A stretch of DNA of 64,000 nucleotides from Kofleriaceae bacterium (GCA_964203225.1 CAXNMK010000002.1:545664-609663), one strand, 5' to 3'. Counted from the first letter of the stretch, positions 23,464 to 36,006 are shown. Numbers and translations are program-made. The notes: generated from the letters alone by a model not told the origin.

Positions 23464-24888
23464 TCACGCGGCGGCCGGGAGCACGAGCGTGAACGTGGTC
23501 TCGCCGTCGGCCGAGGCGACGTCGACGCGACCGTGGTGGTCCGTGGCGATCTCGCGCACGAACGCGAGGCCGAGGCCGGTGCCCTTCTCGCGCGTGGTGA
23601 AGAACGGCTCGAACAGCTTGCCCGAGGTGTCCGGCGAGATCTCCGCACCGCGGTTCCACACCACGAGGGTGAGCTCCTCCCCGGCGGCGCGGGCGGACAG
23701 CCGGACGGCATCGCGCCCGCGGTGGCCTGCGGCGGTCGCGGCCTGGACGCCGTTGCGGGCGAGGTTGATCAGCGCACGGCGGAGCTGGCCGCGGTCGGCG
23801 CGCGCGTGGAGCCCGCACGGCGCGGTCGTGACGGTGAGGTCCTCGGTGCTCGCGAGCTCGGCGATCTCGGGGAGCAGCTCGTCGAGGTCGACGTCGACGA
23901 GCTCGGGCCGCGGGCGCCGCGCGAACTCGAGGAACTCGTTGACCACGCGCTCGAGGTAGCCGAGCTCCTTGCGGATGCGGTCGACGTGCGATCGGCGCTC
24001 GTCACCCTCGGGGAGCTCGTCCTGGAGGATGCCCGCGAACAGCGTCATCCCGGCCAGCGGGTTGCGCACCTCGTGGGCGATGCCCGCCAGCATCTGCTGC
24101 ATGCGCGCGTCGCGCTCGGCGAGCTGCACGCGCATCCGGTCCATGGTCTGCGCGAGCACGCCGATCTCGTCGTGGCCCGGCACGATCACCTCGCCCCGCA
24201 GGTCGCCCGCCCCGATCCGCTCGGCCGCGGCGGCGAGGCGGCGCAGGTTGCGCGTGATCAGCAGCGTGGCGGCGACGGCCGCGAGGATGCTGACGAGTGC
24301 GAGGCCACCGCCCCACACCAGCAGGCGCGTGCGCAGATCGGCGAGCCGCGCGAAGTACGAAGCCGGCGCCTGCGCGCCGATCGCGAGGACGACCGGTGCA
24401 TCCTGCTCGAGCTCGGCGCGCACGGGCGCGTAGCCGGTCTTGTACGTGTTGCCGTCGTTGCCCTCGAACGTCACGCTCGAGGCGGGCGCGCCGCGCGCGA
24501 ACACCTTGGCGAGCTCGGAGCGATCGAGCTCCGCGCGGAAGTAGTGCGTGCCGATCGCCACGCCCGGGCTGGTGTCGACCCGGCTGGCGAACGTTCGATC
24601 GAACACGAACAGCTGCGCGCCGGTCGCGCGGGCGACGTCGGCGAGCTTGGTGACGTAGTTCTGGTAGGCGCGCCCGCCCTCGTCGCCCGGCACGAGGTCG
24701 AGCAGGTACTTGCCGCGGATCTGGGTCGCGGCCGAGGCGGCGATCGCCTCGAGGCGCCGGCCGAGTTCGGCATCGAGATCGCGCCCGCTGACCTCGTGGG
24801 CCACGAACGCGAACAGCGTGAACAGCGCCAGCACCGGCAGCACGAGGGCGGCCAGCAGCTTGGCGAGCAGGTTCGCGCGGAGGCGCAC
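23464..24888 (-). CDS. sensor histidine kinase (TM, HAMP, HisKA, HATPase)
   Basis: H-box GIAHEVRNPLAGM. N, G1 and G2 boxes (NLARNGVQA, DHHGRVDV, GTGLGLAFV). HAMP after a periplasmic segment. Ends 21 nt upstream of the NtrC-type regulator. Confidence 0.85.
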   Translation of the reverse strand: MRLRANLLAKLLAALVLPVLALFTLFAFVAHEVSGRDLDAELGRRLEAIAASAATQIRGKYLLDLVPGDEGGRAYQNYVTKLADVARATGAQLFVFDRTFASRVDTSPGVAIGTHYFRAELDRSELAKVFARGAPASSVTFEGNDGNTYKTGYAPVRAELEQDAPVVLAIGAQAPASYFARLADLRTRLLVWGGGLALVSILAAVAATLLITRNLRRLAAAAERIGAGDLRGEVIVPGHDEIGVLAQTMDRMRVQLAERDARMQQMLAGIAHEVRNPLAGMTLFAGILQDELPEGDERRSHVDRIRKELGYLERVVNEFLEFARRPRPELVDVDLDELLPEIAELASTEDLTVTTAPCGLHARADRGQLRRALINLARNGVQAATAAGHRGRDAVRLSARAAGEELTLVVWNRGAEISPDTSGKLFEPFFTTREKGTGLGLAFVREIATDHHGRVDVASADGETTFTLVLPAAA

Positions 24889-25526
24889 GTGCGGCCTCGG
24901 GGCGTCAGGCGACGCGCGCGGTCAGGCCGCGCGGGACGGTGCGGGCAGGGGCCGTCATCGCGGGAACAGCTTGTCGGGGTTCCAGCCGGGTCTGGTCTTG
25001 GGCGGCTTGGTCGCCGGCTTGAAGCCCGGCGGCAGCGGCTTGCGGGTGCGCGGCTTGGCGTCGGTCGACATGCGATCCACGCCGCGGGGCGGGGCGTCGG
25101 TGCTGCCGGCGGTGGTGGTCGCCGAGCCGGCGGTGGTCGCCGAGCCGGCGGTGGTGTCGACGGCCGCGCCTGTGGCGGGATCGGTCGGGGCGCCGGCGGC
25201 GGTGTCGACGGCCGAGCCGGCGGCGGGATCGGTCGGGGCGCCGGCGGCGGGATCGGTCGGGGCGCCGGTGGCGGGATCGGTCGGGGCGCCGGCGGCCGCG
25301 CTGCCAGCGGGCTCGGTCGGCACCGCGGGCTCCTCGATGGCCGGCGCCGCGGTCGGCGGGGGCTGAGGGGCGTCACCGCCACGGAGGGCGAACGCGATGG
25401 CGGCGATCAGCGCGACCACGATGGCGCCACCGATCGCGTAGATCCGGATCTGGTTGCCCGGCGCCGGCGGTGCCGCGATCCCGGCCGGGTGCGACCCCGA
25501 GTCGGCGAGTTCGCTGGCGACCGGAA

Positions 25527-25775
25527 TGGCGGCGTTGCTGGGGGCGGCGGCGTTGCTGGTGGCGGCGGCGTTGCTGGTGGCGGCGGCGTTGCTGGTGGCG
25601 GCGGCGTTGCTGGTGGCGGCGGCGTTGCTGGTGGCGGCGTTGCTGGTGGCGGCGGCGCTGGTGGCGGCGGCGTTGGTGGCGGCGGCGTTGGTGGCGGCGG
25701 CGTTGGTGGCGGCGTTGCTGGTGGCGGCGGCGTTGGGGGCGGTGGCGTTGGTGGCGGTGGCGTTGGTGGCGGCGG
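25527..25775. repeat. tandem 18-nt repeat (GGCGGCGGCGTTGCTGGT) x~14, inside the STK tail
   Basis: Directly visible. Encodes (AATSNA)n on the minus strand. Confidence 0.9.
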
Positions 25776-25899
25776 GGGCCGTCATCGGCGCGGCGGCCGT
25801 TGTGGCGATCGCGAGATCGTCGACATTGGCGGATGAGGAGACAACGCTGAAGTCGGTCGCCGTAGGTGCGGGTGCGGGTGCGGGTGGGGCTGCCAACAC

Positions 25900-26565
25900 G
25901 GCCGCGGCCGCGGACACGGGGGCGGCCGCGGACACCGGAGCGGCCGCGGACACGGACACGAGGGCGGCCACGGACACGGGAGCGGCCGCGGACGCGGACA
26001 CGGTCGCGGACACGGGAGCGGACACGGTCGCGGACACGGGAGCGGACACGGTCGCGGACACGGGAGCGGACACGGGAGCGGACACGGGAGCGGACACGGT
26101 CGCGGACACGGGAGCGGACACGGTCGCGGACACGGGAGCGGACACGGGAGCGGACACGGTCGCGGACACGGTCGCGGACACGGGAGCGGACACGGTCGCG
26201 GACACGGGAGCGGACACGGTCGCGGACACGGGAGCGGACACGGTCGCGGACACGGGAGCGGACACGGTCGCGGACACGGGAGCGGACACGGTCGCGGACA
26301 CGGGAGCGGACACGGTCGCGGACACGGGAGCGGACACGGTGCGCGGACACGGGAGCGGACACGGTCGCGGACACGGTCGCGGACACGGGAGCGGACACGG
26401 TCGCGGACACGGTCGCGGACACGGGAGCGGACACGGTCGCGGACACGGGAGCGGACACGGGAACGGTCGCGGACACGGGAACGGTCGCGGACATGGGAGC
26501 GGACACGGGAGCGGACACGGACACGGTCGCGGACACGGGAGCGGACACGGGAACGGTGGCGGTAC
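25900..26565. repeat. tandem 12/24-nt repeat (GCGGACACGGGA / GCGGACACGGTC) x~27, inside the STK tail
   Basis: Directly visible. Encodes (SAPVSATV)n on the minus strand. Length heterogeneity among units (gaacggtc variants, one extra base) shifts the frame. Confidence 0.9.
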
Positions 26566-26628
26566 CGGCGGCCGCGGCATCGCCGGGCTCGCCGGCCAGG
26601 ACCTCGGCCTCGGTCCCGGTGGGCCAGT

Positions 26629-28179
26629 TCAGCGGCCTGGCTGACGTGGTCGTCGACGCCTTGCTGGAGGCGTTCCATCCGGTGCTGGCGGCGCTGCGCG
26701 GGGGCGTCGAGCCGGCGATCGAGGTGGCGGCGCCGGCGGGTGCGGCCGCCGTGCTGGGCACGTGGCTCGCGGCGGGCATGGCGGCGCCGACGGCGGGCTT
26801 CGCGGCGCCGGCGACGGGCTTCGCGCGCCCGCCGCCGGCGCAGTCACGAGCGGCGGCGGGGCCGTGGGCTTGGAGGCAAGTCTGGCGGCGCTCGCGCCGG
26901 GCTTGACCACCGAGGGCAGCGCGCGTGGCAGGGCTGCGGCGGTCGCCAGCGCCGGCACGCCCGCCGAGGGCGTGCGCCGGGTGGTCGCGCTGGACGCGTT
27001 GAGGTCCTTGACCGACGGCAGCGCGGACGCCTTCGCGAGCGCCGCGCCGGCGAGCGGGCTGTTGGTGACCGCCTTGGTGCGAGCGCGCATGATCGGCGCC
27101 GACGGCGATGGCTCGAGCATCTCGGGGATCGCGAAGTTCTCGACGGCGTCGGCCGGCGCATGGGCGATCCCGCTCGCGGAGCCATCGAAGTCGACGACCG
27201 CCGGCGGCGGGGCCACCTCGTCGGTCAGCCACGGCTCGGGCTTATCGCCGAACAGCGAGCGCAAGTGGTCCGCGAGCGCCGCGTTCGACGTGCGAAGCGC
27301 CTGCATCTCGGCGAATGCCTCGAGCGCGGCGCGCATCTCATCGGCGGTCTGGTAGCGGTCCTTCGGGTCGACGGCCAGGGCCTTGAGGATGATGTCCTCG
27401 AGCTGCGGCGGCAGGTCCGGGCGGTGGATCGACGGGTGCGGATACGTCCCCTGGACGATCGCGCTCATCGTGAGGAAGTCGTTGTCGCCCTTGAACAGCC
27501 GGCGGCAGGTCGTGATCTCGTAGAGCACGATGCCGAGCGCGAACACGTCACTTCGGCGATCGACGGGCTTGCCGGCGCATTGCTCCGGCGCCATGTACGC
27601 GACCTTGCCCTTGAGCGTGCCGCCGACCGTCTCCGTGGTGCGCAGCGCCGCCGCCTTCGCGATGCCGAAGTCGACGACCTTCACGTTGCCGTCGAAGCCG
27701 ACGAGGATGTTGGCCGGCGAGACGTCGCAGTGGACGAGGCCGAGCGGCTTGCGATCTGGCCCCTGCTGGTTGTGGGCGTAGTGCAGCGCCGACGCGGCGG
27801 CGCCGATGATCGTGACGATGTGCTCGTACGGGACCTTCTGCTTGCGCTTCGCGGTCTCCATCAGGACCTTGCGCAGGTCCTCGCCGTGCACGTACTCCAT
27901 CGCGAAGAAGTACTCGCCGTCGGCCTGCCCGATGTCGTGCACCTGGACGATGTTGTGGTGGTGCAGCGTCGCGGCGAGGCGGGCCTCGTCGACGAACATC
28001 TTCACGAAGGCGGGATCGCGCGCGCGGTCAGCGTGGATCCGCTTGAGGACGACGTGGCGGGAGAATCCCTCGATGCCGGTCGCCAGGGCGAGCAGCACCT
28101 CGGCCATGCCGCCGTTCGCCAGATGCTTGATGATCTGATACCGGCCGAGCGTACCTGGAGACGTCGCCACGTTGTCCAC
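26629..28179 (-). CDS. Ser/Thr protein kinase (kinase domain plus Ala/Pro-rich linker); C-terminal continuation apparently in other frames (see 24955..26628)
   Basis: Kinase motifs GGMAEVLLA, HCDVSPANILV, DFGIAK, APEQ. The frame ends at 26629 inside a Pro/Ala-rich tract. A TM helix and repeat-rich tail lie in other frames downstream. Confidence 0.8.
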   Translation of the reverse strand: MDNVATSPGTLGRYQIIKHLANGGMAEVLLALATGIEGFSRHVVLKRIHADRARDPAFVKMFVDEARLAATLHHHNIVQVHDIGQADGEYFFAMEYVHGEDLRKVLMETAKRKQKVPYEHIVTIIGAAASALHYAHNQQGPDRKPLGLVHCDVSPANILVGFDGNVKVVDFGIAKAAALRTTETVGGTLKGKVAYMAPEQCAGKPVDRRSDVFALGIVLYEITTCRRLFKGDNDFLTMSAIVQGTYPHPSIHRPDLPPQLEDIILKALAVDPKDRYQTADEMRAALEAFAEMQALRTSNAALADHLRSLFGDKPEPWLTDEVAPPPAVVDFDGSASGIAHAPADAVENFAIPEMLEPSPSAPIMRARTKAVTNSPLAGAALAKASALPSVKDLNASSATTRRTPSAGVPALATAAALPRALPSVVKPGASAARLASKPTAPPPLVTAPAAGARSPSPAPRSPPSAPPCPPRATCPARRPHPPAPPPRSPARRPRAAPPAPDGTPPARRRRPRQPGR

Positions 28180-28345
28180 CTCCGAGCGTGCGGGAGCGGC
28201 CTGGTCCCGTCAAGCCGTTGGTGGGGTAGGTTCGCCCGAAACGACCCAACCCGATCCAGTGCCGAGCCGAACCGAATCCGAAACGCCAAAGGCGCCACAT
28301 CGACTCTCGTCGAAATGGCGCCCTGGTGGCGTGAGCCGGACGAGT

Positions 28346-28738
28346 TCAGCGCTTGCTGAACTGGAAGCGAGCGCGCGCGGCCTTCTGGCCGTACTTCTTG
28401 CGCTCCTTCTTGCGCGGGTCGCGGGTGACGTACCCGGCCGCCTTGAGCTTCGGACGCAGTTCGCTGTCGATCTTCATCAGCGCGCGGGTGATCCCGTGGC
28501 GGATGGCACCGGCCTGCGACGAGATGCCGCCGCCCTTGACGGTGGCCTCGACGTTGTACTGGCCGAGGAGGCTGACCTCCTCGAGCCCCTGCCGGATGAC
28601 CATCCGGGCGGTGGGGCGCGAGAAGTAGTCCTCGTCGCTGCGGTTGTTGATGACGATCTGGCCGTCACCGGTGGTGAGCCAGACGCGGGCGATCGCCGTC
28701 TTGCGGCGGCCGGTTGCGTAGGTCTTCTGCATCGACAT
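28346..28738 (-). CDS. rpsI: 30S ribosomal protein S9
   Basis: 130 aa [20 protein letters not shown]...[19 protein letters not shown]...[17 protein letters not shown], canonical S9. Embedded at the end of a longer wrong-frame ORF. Confidence 0.9.
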   Translation of the reverse strand: MSMQKTYATGRRKTAIARVWLTTGDGQIVINNRSDEDYFSRPTARMVIRQGLEEVSLLGQYNVEATVKGGGISSQAGAIRHGITRALMKIDSELRPKLKAAGYVTRDPRKKERKKYGQKAARARFQFSKR

Positions 28739-28752
28739 CGTCCTTCGCTCGC

Positions 28753-29211
28753 TTAATTCTGGCCAGGGATCGACAGCGGACGCGGCTTCTGCGCCGCGTG
28801 CTCGTGCTGGGCCGTCTTGTAGATCTTCAGCTTCTTGATGATCCGGCGGCCGAGCGGGCCCTTCGGAAGCATGCCCCACACGGCCTCGCGGATCGCGCGC
28901 TCGGGCTCGGTCGCGAGGACGTCCTTGGCGAGCTTGGTCTTGAGACCACCGGGGAACAGCGTGTGGTGGCGGTAGACCTTCTTGTCGGCCTTGGTGCCCG
29001 TGAGGCGGACCGCGCCGGCATTGAGGACGATGACGAAGTCGCCCATATCCACGTTGGGGGTGTACGTGGCCTTGTGCTTGCCACGGAGGACCAGCGCGAT
29101 CCGCGACGCGATGCGACCCAGCGTCAGGCCGGTTGCATCGATCTGGAACCACTCGCGCTGCGCCTCGCCGGCCTCTTTGGTGAGCCAGGAGCTCTTTTGC
29201 GTCGTGTTCAT
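28753..29211 (-). CDS. rplM: 50S ribosomal protein L13
   Basis: 152 aa [62 protein letters not shown]..., canonical L13. Lies 14 nt upstream of rpsI (rplM-rpsI operon). Confidence 0.9.
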   Translation of the reverse strand: MNTTQKSSWLTKEAGEAQREWFQIDATGLTLGRIASRIALVLRGKHKATYTPNVDMGDFVIVLNAGAVRLTGTKADKKVYRHHTLFPGGLKTKLAKDVLATEPERAIREAVWGMLPKGPLGRRIIKKLKIYKTAQHEHAAQKPRPLSIPGQN

Positions 29212-29392
29212 GGGCGTTACTCGGAAGGTGGATCGTCTACAAGGTTGCGTAACACCTGTCAAGCGAGGCCTCGGGACACAAGCTCGATTTTGGCGGATGG
29301 GTTGCGCGGTCGCGGACCATATAGAGGATCTGGTCGCAAGGCAAGCTGCTGGTCTTTTGTTCAGTGTCAGCCTGTCGTGATACGAAGGAGGT

Positions 29393-30268
29393 GTGAGAGT
29401 CGGTTTCATCCTCAAGCCCGACAAGAGCGAGGCGGGCGTGCTCCTCGAGGAGCTCGTCCCCTGGCTCCGTGATCTGGGCCATGTCGCTGTGGTCACAACA
29501 GAAGATCAGCTCGTGCCAGACGGCGCGGAGGTCGTCCCGGAGGCCGATCTCGGAGCATCGATCGATCTCGCGGTCGCACTCGGCGGCGATGGCACGATGT
29601 TGCGCGCGGCGCGGCTGGTCGCCGATCACGAGCGCCCGGTCCTCGGGATCAACCTCGGCCAGCTCGGCTTCCTCGCCGGGTTCGCGCCCGCGGAGGCCCG
29701 GCAGGCGCTCGCCGCCGCGCTCGCGGGGACGCTGCCGCAGACGCGCCGGATGCGCCTCGCGGTCACGTTCACCCGCCCCGGTGCCGAGCCGATCACGCGG
29801 TATGCGCTCAACGATGCGGTGATCCACCAGGGCGCGATGGCGCGGCTCGTCGAGATCGACGCCCACGTCGACGGTGAACTCGTCGCGTCGTACCGCGCGG
29901 ACGGGCTGATCGTCAGCACACCCACGGGCTCCACCGCGTACAACATGGCGGCCGGCGGGCCGATCGTGGTGCCCGGGCAGGAGGCGATGACGCTCACGCC
30001 GATCTGCGCGCACGCGCTGACCAACCGGCCGCTCGTGATCGGCGCGGCGTCGAAGATCCGGCTCCAGCTCGGGGCGGATGTGCGCGGCGTGATGATCACC
30101 GTCGACGCGCAGTGGGGGCACTCGATCCTCCCGGGCGATCGCGTGGAGATCACCACGCATGCAAAGCCGCTGATCATGTTCCGCTCGTCGCAGAGCTTCT
30201 TCGATGTGATGCGCGACAAGCTCCACTGGGGCGCGCGCTCGGACCGCAAGGCCAAGGGAGGTGCGTGA
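29393..30268 (+). CDS. nadK: NAD kinase
   Basis: GTG start with GAAGGAGG 5 nt upstream. GGDGTML and NxGxLGFL motifs, DGLIVSTPTGSTAYNMAAGGPIV. The lower-GC 180-bp region upstream is a divergent promoter region shared with rplM. Confidence 0.9.
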   Translation: MRVGFILKPDKSEAGVLLEELVPWLRDLGHVAVVTTEDQLVPDGAEVVPEADLGASIDLAVALGGDGTMLRAARLVADHERPVLGINLGQLGFLAGFAPAEARQALAAALAGTLPQTRRMRLAVTFTRPGAEPITRYALNDAVIHQGAMARLVEIDAHVDGELVASYRADGLIVSTPTGSTAYNMAAGGPIVVPGQEAMTLTPICAHALTNRPLVIGAASKIRLQLGADVRGVMITVDAQWGHSILPGDRVEITTHAKPLIMFRSSQSFFDVMRDKLHWGARSDRKAKGGA

Positions 30269-32013
30269 TGCTCCGCCATCTGCGTGTGACCAACTTCGCG
30301 ATCCTGTCCGACGTCGAGATGGAGCTCGGACCCGGGATGAACGTGCTGACCGGCGAGACCGGCGCCGGCAAGTCGCTGATCGTCGAGGCGGTGAATCTGC
30401 TCCGCGGCGGGCGCGCCTCGGCGGACATCCCGCGGCACGGCGCGGACGAGGCCGTGGTCGAGGCCACGGTCGACGTCCCCGAGGATCTGCGCGCCCGCGT
30501 GCGGGCCGTGATCGAGGCCGCCGGGCTGCCGCTCGGTAGCGGCGATGAGGGTGGCGCCGACGAGGTGTTCATCCGCCGCGTGATCCAGCGCGGCGGGCGC
30601 AGCCGGACCTACGTCAACGGCGCGCTCACCACCGCGGCGCGGCTGGCAGAGCTCGGCGCGCTGCTGATCGACCTGTCGGGCCAGCACCAGCACCAGGGCC
30701 TCGTCGATCCGGCGCGCCACCGCGAGATCCTGGATGCGTTCGGCGAGTCCGCCGCGCAGGTCGCGGCGATGGAGGCGGCGTGGACCGAGCTCAAGCGCTG
30801 CGGCGACGAGCTGGCGGTGCTCGGCGGGGATGAGCGCGCCCGCGAGGCGCGCGTCGACTACCTGCGGTTCCAGCTCGAGGAGCTCGACGGCGCGGCGCTC
30901 CAGCGCGGCGAGGATCAGGCGCACGAGCTCGAGCGCGTGCGGCTCGCGTCGGTCGATCATCTCCAGGGGGCGGCGCGCGCCGCCGAGGAGGTGCTGTACG
31001 GCGGCGACGACAGCGCCCGCGATCGCGTCGCGGCCGCGCTGCGCGAGGTCGAGCGGGCGCTCAAGACCGATCCCACGCTCGAGCCGGTCGCGCGCCAGCT
31101 CACCGAGGTCGAGACCCTGATCGACGACGCCGCGGACCAGCTGCGGACCTACGCCGATCGCCTCGAGGGGGATCCCGAGCGCCTGGCGTGGGTCGACGAG
31201 CGGATCGCGCTGATCCGGCGCCTCCTGCGCAAGCACACCGGCACGCTCGATCAGGTGATCGCCAAGGCGAGCGACCTGCGCGCCGAGCTCGAGACCCTGA
31301 CCGGGCGGGACGCCCGGCTCGCGGAGATGTCGGCGGCGCGCGCACGTGCGGAGGCGGCGGCCCGGGCAGCGGCGGTGGTGCTGACCGCGAGCCGCAAGAA
31401 GGCGGCGCGGCGGCTCGAGAAGGAGGTCGGCGGATCACTCACCGAGCTCGGCATGGGCTCGGCGCGGCTGTCGGTCTCGATCGAGCCGCTCACGGTGGCG
31501 GGTGGGCTCGCCATCACCGGCGCCGATCGCGTCGAGCTGATGCTGGCGTCCAACAAGGGTGAGGACACCCGGCCGCTCGCGAAGGTCGCCTCCGGTGGCG
31601 AGCTGTCGCGCATCATGCTCGCGCTCAAGCTGTCGCTGCGGCGCGCGGACGATGTCGCGACCTACGTGTTCGACGAGGTCGACACCGGGATCGGCGGCGC
31701 CACCGCCCAGGTGGTTGGCTCGCAGATCCGCGCTGTCGCCGGGGACCACGGCTCGGGGGCCGCCGGTCGGCAGGTGCTGTGCGTCACCCACCTGCCGCAG
31801 ATCGCGGCGTACGCGGATCACCACTTCCACGTCGAGAAGGCGGAGGTCGGTGGCCGCACGGAGACCCACGTACGGCGGCTCTCGGTGAGCGAGCGCAAGG
31901 ACGAGCTCGCGCGTATGCTCGGTGGCAGCGCCACCTCGAAGGCGAAGGCCCACGCGGCCGAGCTCCTCGCCGAGGCCGCGCGCCCGCGCAAGCCGGCCCA
32001 GGCGCGCGCCTGA
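30268..32013 (+). CDS. recN: DNA repair protein RecN
   Basis: [36 protein letters not shown] (Walker A), coiled-coil middle, C-terminal signature [13 protein letters not shown] and Walker [12 protein letters not shown]. The ATG overlaps the nadK stop (TGATG). Confidence 0.9.
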   Translation: MLRHLRVTNFAILSDVEMELGPGMNVLTGETGAGKSLIVEAVNLLRGGRASADIPRHGADEAVVEATVDVPEDLRARVRAVIEAAGLPLGSGDEGGADEVFIRRVIQRGGRSRTYVNGALTTAARLAELGALLIDLSGQHQHQGLVDPARHREILDAFGESAAQVAAMEAAWTELKRCGDELAVLGGDERAREARVDYLRFQLEELDGAALQRGEDQAHELERVRLASVDHLQGAARAAEEVLYGGDDSARDRVAAALREVERALKTDPTLEPVARQLTEVETLIDDAADQLRTYADRLEGDPERLAWVDERIALIRRLLRKHTGTLDQVIAKASDLRAELETLTGRDARLAEMSAARARAEAAARAAAVVLTASRKKAARRLEKEVGGSLTELGMGSARLSVSIEPLTVAGGLAITGADRVELMLASNKGEDTRPLAKVASGGELSRIMLALKLSLRRADDVATYVFDEVDTGIGGATAQVVGSQIRAVAGDHGSGAAGRQVLCVTHLPQIAAYADHHFHVEKAEVGGRTETHVRRLSVSERKDELARMLGGSATSKAKAHAAELLAEAARPRKPAQARA

Positions 32014-32062
32014 CCGTCGCCTGACCGTCGCCTGACCGTCGCCTGACCGTCGCCTGAGGTTC
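32008..32062. repeat. tandem 11-nt repeat (GCCTGACCGTC) x4.5 starting at the recN stop codon
   Basis: Directly visible. Every unit contains TGA; because the unit is 11 nt, the copies place TGA in all three plus-strand frames. Confidence 0.9.
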
Positions 32063-32150
32063 GTGTGGCCGGGGGTGGCCGCGCGTGTGGCGCGCCGGCA
32101 GACCCGCGTGGGTCCCGAGTCCGGCGGACCGGTGTGATCCGCGCGTGTGG

Positions 32151-32447
32151 GCTGGTCGGCGCTGGCGTGGCGGTCGGCGCTGGCGTGGCGGTCGGCGCTG
32201 GCGTGACGGTCGGCGCTGGCGTGGCGGTCGGCGCTGGCGTGGCGGTCGGCGCTGGCGTGGCGGTCGGCGCTGGCGTGGCGGTCGGCGCTGGCGTGGCGGT
32301 CGGCGCTGGCGTGGCGGTCGGCGCTGGCGTGGCGGTCGGCGCTGGCGTGGCGGTCGGCGCTGGCGTGGCGGTCGGCGCTGGCGTGGAGGTCGGCGCTGGC
32401 GTGGAGGTCGGCGCTGGCGTGGAGGTTGGCGCTGGCTCGGTGGTCGG
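32151..32447. repeat. tandem 18-nt repeat (GCTGGCGTGGCGGTCGGC) x~16 with minor variants (..GTGACG.., ..GTGGAG..)
   Basis: Directly visible. The plus frame reads (AGVAVG)n; minus frames read (ADRHAS)n, (PTATPA)n or (RPPRQR)n. Intergenic between recN and the minus-strand genes. Confidence 0.9.
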
Positions 32448-32487
32448 CTCCCTCGCGTGTCCGGTGGTTGTGGCGGCTCGCGGTCGC

Positions 32488-32898
32488 TCAGCGGCAAGCG
32501 GACGCGAGCTCGTCGAGCGCGAGCGCGGGGATGAACACCTGCGCCTCGCCGAGGATGTCGCGGGCTCGGTCGCAGTCGCCGCGGAAGCTGAAGCACTTCG
32601 CCACGGTGTTGAGCAGCGAACCGACCAGCCGGCGATCGCGCTCGCTCTCCGCGATCTTGGCGGACTCGCGGAGCGGGCGCAGGTACATCTGGCAGTCGAG
32701 CTCGTGGAACATGTCGAGGCGCCGCGCCAGCCGGCGCAGGCGGGTCTCCGGGTCGGAGGTCAGCGGGCAGTAGAGGTCGGCCATGATCGCGAGGCTGCCG
32801 TTGCCCGAGCCCTGCCGTGCGGTGACCGCGGCCATCTGGCGCGTGCCCTCGTCGCAGTCACCGGCGATCATCGTGCATACCGCCATCGAGCTCTGCAC
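32488..32898 (-). CDS. hypothetical small Cys-containing protein (136 aa)
   Basis: Non-biased composition and 7 Cys. Sits 68 nt downstream of the STK gene on the same strand. No recognisable motif. Confidence 0.3.
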   Translation of the reverse strand: MQSSMAVCTMIAGDCDEGTRQMAAVTARQGSGNGSLAIMADLYCPLTSDPETRLRRLARRLDMFHELDCQMYLRPLRESAKIAESERDRRLVGSLLNTVAKCFSFRGDCDRARDILGEAQVFIPALALDELASACR

Positions 32899-32966
32899 AC
32901 GGATGTCGCTCGGCGGCGGCGCCGATAGCGTCGCGAGCGCCGCACGGCAGCCCTTGCCGTCGAACT

Positions 32967-35092
<2,126 letters not shown>

Positions 35093-35096
<4 letters not shown>

Positions 35097-35620
35097 GGGG
35101 TCGCCACGCCGCCATCGCCGCCATCGGTGCCGTCCGCGAGCACGGGCGAGGCGAGCACCCGCGACAGGCTGAGATCGAGCCGGCTGTCCGCGTCTCGGAC
35201 GATGCTGTCGAGGGCGTCGTCGGCGAGCTCGAACGCGGCGATCGCGCGGGCATCGCCGGTGGCGCAGCACCGCGCCAGCAGCAGGTCATCGAGGCGCAGC
35301 CGCGCGAGGGCCGCATCGGCGTCCTTGTGGGCGGCGAGCCCGCTCGCCAGCGCCTCGATCAGCGCGCCATCGGTGACCGCGAAGGCCTCCGGCCAGCGTG
35401 CGCGCGCCGCGGCCAGCGCCTCGCCACGCCGGACATCCAGGCCAGACAGGGCAAGCGCGGCCTGCGACTCGGCAGGGGCGCGCTCCACGAGGTGGGTCCA
35501 CCACGACGACACGGGGACCGAGCATGCCATGGCGCGTCGCTGCCCGGCCGGCCCAAACGCGCGGTCGTGAAGGGCGATCGAGCGCGCGTCGATGCCCGGC
35601 CGCCTGCGTGGCTCGGGCAC
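35093..35620 (-). CDS. hypothetical protein, possibly co-translated partner of the downstream STK
   Basis: Ala/Leu-rich, not obviously an ECF sigma factor. Its stop overlaps the kinase GTG in a GTGA arrangement. Weak. Confidence 0.3.
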
Positions 35621-35626
35621 GGTCGC

Positions 35627-36006
35627 GGGTGGCAGGGTGGCAGGGTGGCAGGGTGGCAGGGTGGCAGGGTGGCGTGGGCGTGGGCGTGGGCGTGGGCGTG
35701 GCCGCGGCGCCGCTGGTGCCGTGATGGTGTGGCGAGCGACGACGAGCAGCCCGCGGCGCCGCTGGTGCCGTGATGGTGCGGCGAGCGACGACGAGCGGCC
35801 TGCGCCCCTGCGGTCCCGTCACCGCCGGGCGGTCAGCCGGCCTCGACCGGCCTGCGCCCCTGCGGTCCCGTCACCGCCGGGCGGTCAGCCGGCCTCGACC
35901 GGCCTGCGCCCCTGCGGTCCCATCACCGCCGGGCGGTCAGCCGGCCTCGACCGGCCTGCACCCCTGCGGTCCCGTCACCGCCGGGCGGTCAGCCGGGCTC
36001 GACCGG
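35627..36006. repeat. compound tandem-repeat region: (GGGTGGCA)x5, (GGGCGT)x5, ~49-nt unit x2, then 52-nt unit x4 (35799..36006), each carrying a GC hairpin (ACCGCCGGGCGGT)
   Basis: Directly visible. The gene-proximal 52-nt unit contains the last 18 nt and stop codon of the rhodanese gene. The other three units repeat that segment (PVEAG-stop versus PVEPG-stop) plus the hairpin. Confidence 0.85.

Larger units (their letters stand above)
24955..26628 (-). other. probable C-terminal region of the STK at 26629..28179: (SAPVSATV)n and (AATSNA)n repeat tracts, one TM helix, Pro/Thr-rich extracellular tail; reading frame broken at ~26850 and ~26340
   Basis: Repeat translations run through ORFs 25373..27232(-) and 24955..26580(-). 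TM helix IRIYAIGGAIVVALIAAIAFAL at ~25400. One extra base (ggtgcgcgg versus ggtcgcgg) at ~26340 switches the frame. Confidence 0.45.

Noticed and set aside
25490-26570. Possibility that the regularly spaced repeats are a CRISPR array
   Set aside because: Units are 12-24 nt, contiguous with no unique spacers, in-phase with a protein reading frame inside a kinase gene. No cas genes nearby.
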